Below are positions 16,406-26,898 of a DNA stretch of 64,000 bases, piece by piece. The DNA comes from the human T2T-CHM13v2.0 reference genome, Homo sapiens, in the NCBI RefSeq assembly GCF_009914755.1, contig NC_060941.1, one strand, 5' to 3'. Position numbers and translations under genes: made by a program. Under the pieces are notes generated by a model. That model did no database searches. It saw only the letters and a program-made list of their open reading frames with translations, and had not been told where the DNA came from. Positions within the stretch are counted from its first letter, which is position 1. The number at the start of each line of letters is the position of its first letter.

Positions 16406-17089
16406 AAGATGTCCCAGAGGGGGCACTTCCGGCGGGGGCGTGGGGGCGGGGCGGGACCTGGCGAGGCCCCGCCCCCCCGGTCCTGAGAGGACAGCTCCGC
16501 TCGCAGAGGCGGGAAGCCGTGGGCGCCGCGGGACCCGCTGGACGGGACCTGCCGGGAAGGGGCGCCCGACGCCATGCGGGGCGGGGGTCCCAGGAGGGCC
16601 GGGGAAGCGGGGGTGGGCGTCCGTCTCTCGCCTGCACCCCCGCTCAGCCGGCCCGGGCAGCGAGGCTGAGTCACCGCGCCGCAGGGAGGGAGAGGAGGGG
16701 GCGCGTCTCCTGGGGCGCCAGCACCTTCGCCTCACTTTCCTGGGAGAATGGCGCAGGAGCCCCAAGAAAGCCGGGGGGGGGTCTCCGAGGTCGGTCCTCC
16801 ACTCGATGCTCCTCCGAAGTAGCTGCGTGTCCATCGGGCGCCGGCAGGTGCTGCGCGGGCTCGTGTCGTCTCTGGCCCCGGCTCCGCAGCCGCGAGGGGA
16901 CCCCGGTGCCCCCCGTCCGCCCCCATCCCCACCCCGGAGGGGCCGCCCCACCCGCCGCCTGCCCGTCCCCTCCTCGTCCTCCCGTCCGTGTCCGCACATC
17001 TGTCCCTCCGCGGCTGGTCCGTCCCGCTTACCTGGCGGGCCGCGTCGCCACTGCCCGGTCGCCTCCCGCAGCCTGGCCGGCGCGGCGGC

Positions 17090-17209
17090 TTTTATAGGCG
17101 CGCGTAGTACTCGTGCGGCGGCTCATTCATGCGGCCGCGGCTCCTACACACTGACGCGCTGCCGACGTCAGCGGGGAATTTAGGAAATGGGAAAAGGGGC
17201 TATTTATAG
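17090..17209 (-). promoter_or_regulatory. Core promoter of pri-miR-212/132: TATA box, variant CRE and MEF2 site
   Basis: TATAAAA on - strand (17090-17096); CGACGTCA 17163-17170; CTATTTATAG 17200-17209. Confidence 0.75.
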
Positions 17210-18284
17210 TGGCGAGGCGGGGGGTGGGGACCGAGGCGACCGGGAGGGGAGGAGGGGGCGCGGAAGCGGCGGCGGGGTAGGGGGAGCCGCGCCCCTGCCC
17301 AGCCGACAAGGGGTTAACTTTCCGGAACCGCGGGCCTGGGGCCGGGGAGGCGGCGCGGAGGGGCGCGGCGGGCCCTTCGAGCTTATTCACGCTCTCCTTC
17401 CGGAGCCCCGCGGCTCCTGGGGGTCTTCACGTGGCAGCCCCTTCCCCCTCCTCAGTTCCTGGACCTGACGTTTCTGCCGTCACACCCCGCAAGGCCACTG
17501 CGGTGTCGCCACCCTCTCGTCCTGCAGGGTGGGCAGGAGAGGAAGCTGGACTCCCGTGGGGGCCTGGGGCGCAGCGAGGGCTGTGGCGTCGGGGGCCGGG
17601 AGAAGAAGAGTAGGGGAGCCCAAAGTAGCCCAGGAGTCTTTAGCGGAGGAACCTGGGCCTGGGAGGGAAGGCCCAGCGGGGATTCAGGTACCACCCAGGA
17701 GCTGGAGACCCGAGGGACGGCAGAGAAGTTGGGGAAGGTGGGCCAACCTCCCCAGAAATGATGAGCAACGGGATCCTCTATGAGGGAGCTGGGGGAACGC
17801 GCCAGAGGTAGGGGTGAGAGGAATGGGCAGCCTCAGCAAGGGAGAGAGGAAAGGCTGTCAGTGCCACGCTCCAGAGCCTGGCATCCAGGACCCACCTTCG
17901 GACCATTTGTGGCACGATGGACGCTCCCAGAGCTCACGTTAGGGTAATAGAGAGTGAAGGAGACCAGCAGCTTGGCCAAGAGGGGCCCCCAGGGGATGAG
18001 GAGGACGGTTTCCTGGAGAAGTTAATGTTCCCGGAGACCAGAATTGGCAGGGAGAGCCCATGACTTGTGGGGCAGTTCCCCTGGTTGGGAGCGGGGAAAT
18101 GCATGGTCCTGGCCCAGCCTGGCTCCATCGAGATGGAGGAAGGGTCTAAATGAGAGGAGTGTGTTCAGACGAGGAGCTGGACCAGGATGGGGAGGGCTGT
18201 GCAAGGCATGGCCGGAAGAGCGGGGCAGGGAGAGAAAGGTCGAAGAGTGAAGTGCACAGGAGGGCAAGGCGGCCCTCAGACTGC

Positions 18285-18354
18285 CTGGGCTGGGGCAGGG
18301 CTGTGAGACCCTCCCTTACAGAAGCAATGAGGGCTTGAGGAGGGGGTTAGGGGC
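18285..18354. repeat. D17S5/D17S30 (pYNZ22) VNTR, single 70-bp unit allele
   Basis: Flanked by the classical typing primer sites as I recall them (GGTCGAAGAGTGAAGTGCACAG 18238-18259; CGCTGAAGAATAAAGACTGTG 18388-18408); the 171-bp span matches the smallest allele size. Confidence 0.8.
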
Positions 18355-19198
18355 AGTAAGTTAACTTGGGGAGCGGATGTGGGGGAACGCTGAAGAATAA
18401 AGACTGTGGGCACAGCAGACCCCTGGGGCAGGTTAGCAATGCACAGACTCCACTGCACAAGATACATGGGGCGGAGGGGCTCTTTGGAAGTCGGGGGTGG
18501 GGGATCTGACTCTATCAAAAAGAGAAAAGATAAAAGAGATGGGGTCAGAGAGGCCCTGCATAGTCTGGATTTGGCCTACTAGAGCTCCAGTTTTCTTGCC
18601 GCTAGCCTTTGTTCCAGGGATTCTGTTATTCACAAATGCCTTCCTGCTCGGTAGAAGAACTCCTATTCATCCGTCAAAGCCCAGCTCTAGGAGCACTTAT
18701 GAGGAGCCTCTCCACCTCCCCTCAACACTCCGTAACTTCCACCTCAGGCCGCAGCACGTCCCTCGGGCGAGATGTCGGGGTCCGCCTTCCCTAGAGACCG
18801 GCAGCTCCGGAGGCCTCCGTTTTCCTCTTTGGGACCTCACTGCTTCTAAAGTGAGGATGCTATGGGGAGACATGGGAGAGGGAGTGGGTAAGATGGATCC
18901 AGAACATGGGGCGGACTCAGGCAGCGGCGGGAATCAGGCGGACTCGTTTGGACCGAAGCCTCCGCCAGGCACCGAAGCCGTGAAGTCGCCTGCGCAGCAA
19001 AGGGAGCCTCCGGGGGGCGCCCGAGACCTTGGTGTCGCTCGGGGGCCGCTGGTAGCCGCGCCCGCTGCCCCTCGCCCGGTGACTCAGCCGGTACCTCTGG
19101 CGGGGCCATGGGGGCCAGAGGACAGCGCGGGGGGCGGCGAGCGCGGTTGCTAAGCTCTCCAAGGCCTCGGAGGGACAGGATCTGGGCGCACCTCACCG

Positions 19199-19430
19199 GT
19201 TGCCATGGTAACGCAGCGCCCCAGCCCCTCGCGCTCCGCGGTGGAGGGAGGCGCAGCCAATCGGAAGCGGCGGAGTTCTCGGGGACCCCCCCCCCCCCCG
19301 CTCCACGCCGTGTGTGGGCGGGGGTCAGGAGGTGCGGGGCGGAGGCGGAGCGTGGGCCGCGGAGATCCGGCGTTCGCAGGAGGCTTGGTGCGCGGCGGGG
19401 CTGCACGGGGCCACTTCCGGAGTAGTACTG
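19199..19430 (+). promoter_or_regulatory. Upstream HIC1 promoter candidate: X-box, CCAAT, ETS and GC boxes
   Basis: GTTGCCATGGTAAC 19199-19212; CCAAT 19257-19261; CACTTCCGG at about 19412. Confidence 0.6.
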
Positions 19431-20373
19431 CGAGCAGCGGCGCGACAGTGCGGGGTCCCCTTTCTCCCAGAAGAGACGTCACCCACACAAACCTGACCTT
19501 CACGTGGGGCGCGGGACCTTGCGGGGTCCCAGCCGCAGGCGCCCCTGTTGTTTCCTTCGGGCGGGTGGGTTGGAGAAGAAGTCCACGCGGGATTCTTCAA
19601 AACGGCGTACAGGGGGATTCTAGGGCCCCATGGTTACTTCTTTGGACCCCCCGGAGGCGCTGTCCAGCCACTTCCAGTCGCCCTGATGACTCGTCGTGGG
19701 TTCCTTTAGGAGACCCGAAAGTTCAGGGCGGGCTGTGTGGGTAACACCTCTGCCCAGGTTCCCGGAGGGCCCTACGTGGCTGCCCCTGGAGTATCCCAGA
19801 GCGCTAGGGCTGCGGGAAGGGGCGGGTGTGCTTCTGGAAACATGAGCGCCTGTTAGTATCAGTGCCTGGATAGGGCTGGGGACAAATCAGTTTATGCCGC
19901 GCACACCGAATCCATGCGCCTGAGTGAGGGTGGGTGTGTTGGGGAGTGCGTCCAAGTGGACAGTGCCGTACAGTAATGTCTACGGGGAGTTCCAGGAGAG
20001 CTCGGCTACTCCTGCGCAGGATAACCTCTCCCCCACCACCCGAGTCCCGTGCTCGCGGGCAGGACTTTTCCGAACTGGGGCTGTGTGCCTAGAAATACGT
20101 ACATGGGAGCGCTCAGCTCAAAGCCCCAGGGTTTCTGGGACTCGCGTGTCCGGGGTCGGGGTCCCAGGTGGGTACAGGTGGGAGGGCGAACCTGCGGGTA
20201 GGGTGGGCCCCTCCCCGCGGGCTCAGCATCTGTGCGCCTCCAGCTCAGGTGCGCGGGAGGAAGGCAGCGGCCTGCCGCGCAGAGCCCTGCGCGCCCGCGA
20301 GGTGGCGCCATAGCCGCAGCAGCGCCCGCCGGCCCGGGCCGCTCCAGATAAGAGTGTGCGGAAAGCGCGGCGG

Positions 20374-20513
20374 GGCTGAGACGCGACCAGGACGCGGGGA
20401 GGACGGACCAGCAGGACAGACCGACCGGGGGCCCGGCGGGCGGAGGGCAGCGCAGCCACGTCCCCCCTGGATCCGCCGTCAGCCGGGCCCGGGGCTTTCG
20501 ACATGCCCCCCAG
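20374..20513 (+). other. HIC1: HIC1 first exon 1a (5'UTR of the 714-aa isoform; start approximate)
   Basis: Consensus donor CAG|gtgagt at 20513/20514 in a GC-rich promoter. Confidence 0.8.
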
Positions 20514-21584
20514 GTGAGTCCTCGAGCCGGGGACCGGGAGGGACGGGGGACCCGGGACAGCCCGGTCCTCGTGCGTCGGCCGCCTCGGGCGCATCTTCTG
20601 GCGCGGGTGCCCCATCGCGGCTGGCGGCTGGCGTTCAGGGCTCCGGGTGTCGTCCCTTTCGGACTCAGGACCACCGGGCCGCGGCTCCGCGCCGGGTTCA
20701 CGGCGGGGTCAGCGGCCCGGGGCCGGCTCTGCCCGCACATGGGCTGGAGAGGCGAGGGGAAGGGAAGGGAAGGGGAGCTGGCGGGCGGGGCTGGCAGGGG
20801 CGCTGCCCTGGCACAGCTCGGGGCCTGGCAGCGGCGGGTGGGGCATCGGCTAAGAGCTGCCACCGCCGCGGGGAGGGGAGCCCGGCCCGCCGGGACCGCA
20901 GGTAACGGGCCGCGGGGCCCCGCGGGCCAGGAGGGGAACGGGGTCGGGCGGGCGAGCAGCGGGCAGGGGAGCTCAGGGCTCGGCTCCGGGCTCTGCCGCC
21001 GGATTTGGGGGCCGCGAGGAAGAGCTGCGAGCCGAGGGCCTGGGGCCGGCGCACTCCTCCCGCCCTGTCTGCAGTTGGAAAACTTTTCCCCAAGTTTGGG
21101 GCGGCGGAGTTCCGGGGGAGAAGGGGCCGGGGGAGCCGCGGAGGGAGGCGCCGGGCCCGCGCGTGTAGGGCCCAGGCCGAGGCCGGGACGCGGGTGGGGC
21201 GCAGGCCCGGGTCAGGGCCGCAGCCGGCTGTGCGCCGTGCCCGCCCGGGGCGCTGCCCCCTCCCTCCCCTGGGAGCTGCGTGGCTCCCCCCTCCCCCCCA
21301 CCTGCTTCCTGCCTCAGCCTCCTGCCCCGATATAACGCCCTCCCCGCGCCGGGCCCGGCCTTCGCGCTCTGCCCGCCACGGCAGCCGCTGCCTCCGCTCC
21401 CCGCGCGGCCGCCGCCCGGGCCCCGACCGAGGGTTGACAGCCCCCGGCCAGGGCGGCGCCAGGGCGGGCACCGCGCTCCCCTCCTCCGTATCACTTCCCC
21501 CAACTGGGGCAACTTCTCCCGAGGCGGGAGGCGCTGGTTCCTCGGCTCCCTTTCTCCCTACTTGGGTAAAGTTCTCCGCCCTGA

Positions 21585-21621
21585 ATGACTTTTCCTGAAG
21601 CGGACATTTTACTTAAATCGG
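21585..21621 (+). CDS. HIC1: HIC1 coding exon 1b (MTFPEADILLKS-G); TATA-like TATAAC at 21331-21336 upstream
   Basis: ATG...TCG G|gtaact; joins exon 2 in frame to give 733 aa. Confidence 0.88.
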
Positions 21622-21945
21622 GTAACTGTCTCCAAAAGGGTCACTGCGCCTGAACAGTTTTCTTCTCGGAAGCCCCAGCACCCAGCCAGGTGCCCTGGGG
21701 CGTGCAGGCCGCCCTGGCCTCCCCTCCACCGGCGGCCGCTCACCTCCTGCTCCTTCTCCTGGTCCGGGCGGGCCGGCCTGGGCTCCCACTCCAGAGGGCA
21801 GCTGGTCCTTCGCCGGTGCCCAGGCCGCAGGGCTGATGCCCCCGCTCAGCTGAGGGAAGGGGAAGTGGAGGGGAGAAGTGCCGGGCTGGGGCCAGGCGGC
21901 CAGGGCGCCGCACGGCTCTCACCCGGCCGGTGTGTGTCCCCGCAG

Positions 21946-24110
21946 GAGAGTGTGCTGGGCAGACGATGCTGGACACGATGGAGGCGCCCGGCCACTCCAG
22001 GCAGCTGCTGCTGCAGCTCAACAACCAGCGCACCAAGGGCTTCTTGTGCGACGTGATCATCGTGGTGCAGAACGCCCTCTTCCGCGCGCACAAGAACGTG
22101 CTGGCGGCCAGCAGCGCCTACCTCAAGTCCCTGGTGGTGCATGACAACCTGCTCAACCTGGACCATGACATGGTGAGCCCGGCCGTGTTCCGCCTGGTGC
22201 TGGACTTCATCTACACCGGCCGCCTGGCTGACGGCGCAGAGGCGGCTGCGGCCGCGGCCGTGGCCCCGGGGGCTGAGCCGAGCCTGGGCGCCGTGCTGGC
22301 CGCCGCCAGCTACCTGCAGATCCCCGACCTCGTGGCGCTGTGCAAGAAACGCCTCAAGCGCCACGGCAAGTACTGCCACCTGCGGGGCGGCGGCGGCGGC
22401 GGCGGCGGCTACGCGCCCTATGGTCGGCCGGGCCGGGGCCTGCGGGCCGCCACGCCGGTCATCCAGGCCTGCTACCCGTCCCCAGTCGGGCCTCCGCCGC
22501 CGCCTGCCGCGGAGCCGCCCTCGGGCCCAGAGGCCGCGGTCAACACGCACTGCGCCGAGCTGTACGCGTCGGGACCCGGCCCGGCCGCCGCACTCTGTGC
22601 CTCGGAGCGCCGCTGCTCCCCTCTTTGTGGCCTGGACCTGTCCAAGAAGAGCCCGCCGGGCTCCGCGGCGCCAGAGCGGCCGCTGGCTGAGCGCGAGCTG
22701 CCCCCGCGCCCGGACAGCCCTCCCAGCGCCGGCCCCGCCGCCTACAAGGAGCCGCCTCTCGCCCTGCCGTCGCTGCCGCCGCTGCCCTTCCAGAAGCTGG
22801 AGGAGGCCGCACCGCCTTCCGACCCATTTCGCGGCGGCAGCGGCAGCCCGGGACCCGAGCCCCCCGGCCGCCCCGACGGGCCTAGTCTCCTCTATCGCTG
22901 GATGAAGCACGAGCCGGGCCTGGGTAGCTATGGCGACGAGCTGGGCCGGGAGCGCGGCTCCCCCAGCGAGCGCTGCGAAGAGCGTGGTGGGGACGCGGCC
23001 GTCTCGCCCGGGGGGCCCCCGCTCGGCCTGGCGCCGCCGCCGCGCTACCCTGGCAGCCTGGACGGGCCCGGCGCGGGCGGCGACGGCGACGACTACAAGA
23101 GCAGCAGCGAGGAGACCGGTAGCAGCGAGGACCCCAGCCCGCCTGGCGGCCACCTCGAGGGCTACCCATGCCCGCACCTGGCCTATGGCGAGCCCGAGAG
23201 CTTCGGTGACAACCTGTACGTGTGCATTCCGTGCGGCAAGGGCTTCCCCAGCTCTGAGCAGCTGAACGCGCACGTGGAGGCTCACGTGGAGGAGGAGGAA
23301 GCGCTGTACGGCAGGGCCGAGGCGGCCGAAGTGGCCGCTGGGGCCGCCGGCCTAGGGCCCCCTTTTGGAGGCGGCGGGGACAAGGTCGCCGGGGCTCCGG
23401 GTGGCCTGGGAGAGCTGCTGCGGCCCTACCGCTGCGCGTCGTGCGACAAGAGCTACAAGGACCCGGCCACGCTGCGGCAGCACGAGAAGACGCACTGGCT
23501 GACCCGGCCCTACCCATGCACCATCTGCGGGAAGAAGTTCACGCAGCGTGGGACCATGACGCGCCACATGCGCAGCCACCTGGGCCTCAAGCCCTTCGCG
23601 TGCGACGCGTGCGGCATGCGGTTCACGCGCCAGTACCGCCTCACGGAGCACATGCGCATCCACTCGGGCGAGAAGCCCTACGAGTGCCAGGTGTGCGGCG
23701 GCAAGTTCGCACAGCAACGCAACCTCATCAGCCACATGAAGATGCACGCCGTGGGGGGCGCGGCCGGCGCGGCCGGGGCGCTGGCGGGCTTGGGGGGGCT
23801 CCCCGGCGTCCCCGGCCCCGACGGCAAGGGCAAGCTCGACTTCCCCGAGGGCGTCTTTGCTGTGGCTCGCCTCACGGCCGAGCAGCTGAGCCTGAAGCAG
23901 CAGGACAAGGCGGCCGCGGCCGAGCTGCTGGCGCAGACCACGCACTTCCTGCACGACCCCAAGGTGGCGCTGGAGAGCCTCTACCCGCTGGCCAAGTTCA
24001 CGGCCGAGCTGGGCCTCAGCCCCGACAAGGCGGCCGAGGTGCTGAGCCAGGGCGCTCACCTGGCGGCCGGGCCCGACGGCCGGACCATCGACCGTTTCTC
24101 TCCCACCTAG
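21946..24110 (+). CDS. HIC1: HIC1 exon 2: BTB/POZ plus five C2H2 zinc fingers (714-aa isoform starts at ATG 21966)
   Basis: BTB LCDVIIVVQNALFRAHKNVLAASS; CtBP motif GLDLSKK; SUMO/acetyl motif MKHEP; C2H2 fingers with SGEKPY-type linkers; (GGC)8 polyGly at 22386-22409. Confidence 0.98.
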
Positions 24111-24942
24111 AGCGCCCCTCGCCAGCCCGCTCTGTCGCTGCTGCGCGGCCCTGGCCCGCACCCCAGGGAGCGGCGGGGGCGGCGCGCAGGGCCCACTGTG
24201 CCCGGGACAACCGCAGCGTCGCCACAGTGGCGGCTCCACCTCTCGGCGGCCTCACCTGGCCTCACTGCTTCGTGCCTTAGCTCGGGGGTCGGGGGAGAAC
24301 CCCGGGACGGGGGTGGGATGGGGTAAGGGAAATTTATATTTTTGATATCAGCTTTGACCAAAGGAGACCCCAGGCCCCTCCCGCCTCTTCCTGTGGTTCG
24401 TCGGCCCCCTCCCCCGGCTCCGCGCTGCTCTTAGAGGGGGAGGGGTGTCACTGTCGGGGCACTCCTAGCCCTACCTCCGGCCCTTGCGACCACACCCATT
24501 CTCACTGTGAATCTCCCCGCTGGGGTCGGAGCGTCGGGCAGAGTTGGGGAGTGGGGAGGGGACTGAGCCGGCCGGAGGGCCCCCCGCACCCCCGCTCCCA
24601 CCCACCCCGGGACTGATAATGTGAAGTTCCTCATTTTGCACAAGTGGCACTAGCCCCAGGGCCAACCCTTCCTTCCTCAGTCACCAAGGGCGGGGAGTTC
24701 TGGAGTCGGAAGGCGAAGAGCCTACCACCAGGTCTCCCACTCCCGCGGTGCCCTCCCTTCCCTTCCCTGCGGCCCCGGACCATATTTATTGCATGCGCCC
24801 CGGCGGCCCCCCATCCCGAGCCCAGGCTGGGCTGGGCTGGAACGCGGTCTCTTTAGCTCCCTCCTCTTCGTTTGTATATTTCCTACCTTGTACACAGGCT
24901 CTTCCAGAGCCGCTTCCATTTTCTATACTCGAACCAAACAGC

Positions 24943-24948
24943 AATAAA
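24943..24948 (+). terminator. HIC1 proximal poly(A) signal
   Basis: AATAAA with upstream TGTA elements. Confidence 0.85.
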
Positions 24949-25136
24949 GCAGTAACCAAGGACCCCGACCCCGCTGCTCTCTTCTGCCCCTGCACAAGGA
25001 CCTGGATGGGCTGCGCCCGCTGGGTGGAGGAGCCAGAAAGGGCCACCCTCACACAGGTGCAGAGGCTTGGACCTGCCTCCCTCCCCAGTCCCAGAAACAG
25101 ATCAGCAAGAGGTCAGGTATGTTTCATAACTAAAAA

Positions 25137-25142
25137 TTTATT
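25137..25142 (-). terminator. SMG6 distal poly(A) signal
   Basis: TTTATT on + strand = AATAAA on - strand, about 1.6 kb after the SMG6 stop. Confidence 0.8.
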
Positions 25143-26767
25143 AAGGAAACAAAACCAGTGCTGCAAACGGGACAGAAAGGAGAGCTGGGTCTCCCTCCCG
25201 ACCACCCAGTCATCGGCCTTCCAGCTGGGGAGAGAATCTTAAAGGAGAGGCCGGGGACCCTGTACTCCAAAGAGCCCAGTCTTCTGAGACTCTAGGGGAC
25301 TCCTACCCCCAAACTACTGGCCTTGGCTCCCCTACACGGTACCCCATCGCTTCTGGCATAGTCCTGGGCCTCAGGGAGGGCAGAGCTGCGCACCCATCCT
25401 CCAGGCAGGCTGTGCAGTCAGGCCATGGGCTCTGGGGTATCCCCCACTGGTCCCATTAAGATTTGCCCCTGGCTCCACCGAAAACCCCGTCTTCCCCTAA
25501 GTTGTCCTTGTCTCTGGCCCTGGGTTTCAGGAACTCATTCTTGGTAAGGAAGCCTCCCCACTGAGGTACCAGCTAAAGGGGCAAGGAAAGGGCCCCTGTG
25601 TCAGTGTCAGTTTTTCCGGGGAGTGAGGGCAAAGCTAGAAACCAGGTTAGGCGACGGTGCCCCAGCACTGGAATGCCTCAGGCTGGGCTGTCCACGCCTG
25701 GAAGTTTCTCCCAGCACAGGAGCCGAGGGTGGAAGGCCCTGGGTGGGAGACCTGTACTAGGTTCCTGCCATGGGTAGTAGAGAGGGAAAGTTCAGAGTGA
25801 GAACCCCTATGACGAGGAACCGCGGTGAAGAAATGAAGGGGATCAGGGAGGTGAAAAGGATCAACTAGAAGGGGAAGAAGGGTGAGGGGCTATTCTGGAG
25901 GGAGGGTAGGCGGGCAAGGAGGGGTGAAGGGGGAGCTGAGGAGAGTCAGGACATTTCCTGAAGAGGAAGCTAGACGGAAAGAAAGGCCAGTGAGGAGAAA
26001 GGGAGCAGGTGGAGGCCACCCGAGAGCACGGGCCTGAGACCAGATGCCCCTTTCCTCTAGACTCATGACTGTCCACGGGGACGCAACTGGCGAAGTGTGA
26101 GGGACCCAGGTTGATAAGGGCAGGAAGAGGAGCAGCAGGAAGGGTGTGTGGTAAGTCTGGGGTGGATGGTAGAAGAGGTGGGGGCCCAGGGCTGCTGTTA
26201 GGGACATGCTGTCTAGAAGCCGACTTGGGTTCATGGGCGAGTCCAGGCCTCAGGGAGACTGGGGACACACACCCTGGGCACTTCTTCCTGACTTAACCAA
26301 AGCCTCTTGAACACATTCACGACAGAGGTTCTGAAGATGAAAGGGAACTGTGATTTCACTGCATCTGACGGAAACTCTGAACCCCTGCCCTGTCTCCACT
26401 GGAGAAAGTGGCTGCGTCCCCAGGCGAGAAGGCCCTCCCTCAGCCTTGGAATGAGACGGGGGAGGGAGAAAGGCTGAGAGCATGGGCGGCCTATCTGGCT
26501 TGCCCAGCTGCTGTTGCTGTAGCCAGCCACCTCCCTGCTAAATCCTGGCAGCCCAGGAGGGTCCCAGCAGCTTCCGCCCGATCCTTGGGAGGGGCTCTGT
26601 GAGGAGCAGGTCCCCCACAGCATGGCCGTGGCGTGGGTTGGAAGAGGATGGTTTATTGTCTGGGTGGATTGGTGGCTCAGGCACGTGGGCATCTTCCGTG
26701 CTACACTGGGCGCCTGGTGGCCTTTCAGGAACGGTTCCACGGGGGGGGGGGCCCCAGTGTGGCTCCC

Positions 26768-26898
26768 TCAGCCCACCTGGGCCCACGTGAGGAAGGCTGG
26801 GATGTCCCGTACAGGAACATTCCTTGTGAGCGCCTTCACACGCAGGTTCCGGTCATCCGTCAACAGCACCACCTCCCGCAGTAGCCGGATTGGCTCCT
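26768..26898 (-). CDS. SMG6: SMG6 last coding exon (exon 19)
   Basis: cag|AG GAG; EPIRLLREVVLLTDDRNLRVKALTRNVPVRDIPAFLTWAQVG*; PIN catalytic LTDD motif. Confidence 0.96.

Larger units (their letters stand above)
15590..17600. promoter_or_regulatory. CpG island over miR-132/212 and their promoter
   Basis: Very high GC and CpG content. Confidence 0.9.
18740..24800. promoter_or_regulatory. Large HIC1 CpG island covering the promoters and the whole CDS
   Basis: Continuous high CpG density. Confidence 0.9.

Noticed and set aside
19800-21330. p53 response element upstream of HIC1
   Set aside because: HIC1 is a known p53 target, but by eye I found only isolated imperfect half-sites, so no coordinates can be supported
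15316-21598. Many 100-285 aa ORFs across the CpG islands
   Set aside because: Arg/Gly/Pro/Ala-rich, mostly non-ATG starts, no domains; expected in very GC-rich DNA
21846-23285. 479-aa antisense ORF over HIC1, and the 279-aa alternative-frame ORF at 23441-24280
   Set aside because: Shadow of extreme GC3 codon bias in HIC1; no independent promoter or domain evidence
24111-26767. miR-132/212 seed match (GACTGTT) in the neighbouring HIC1 or SMG6 3'UTRs
   Set aside because: None spotted by eye; a local feedback loop is not supported
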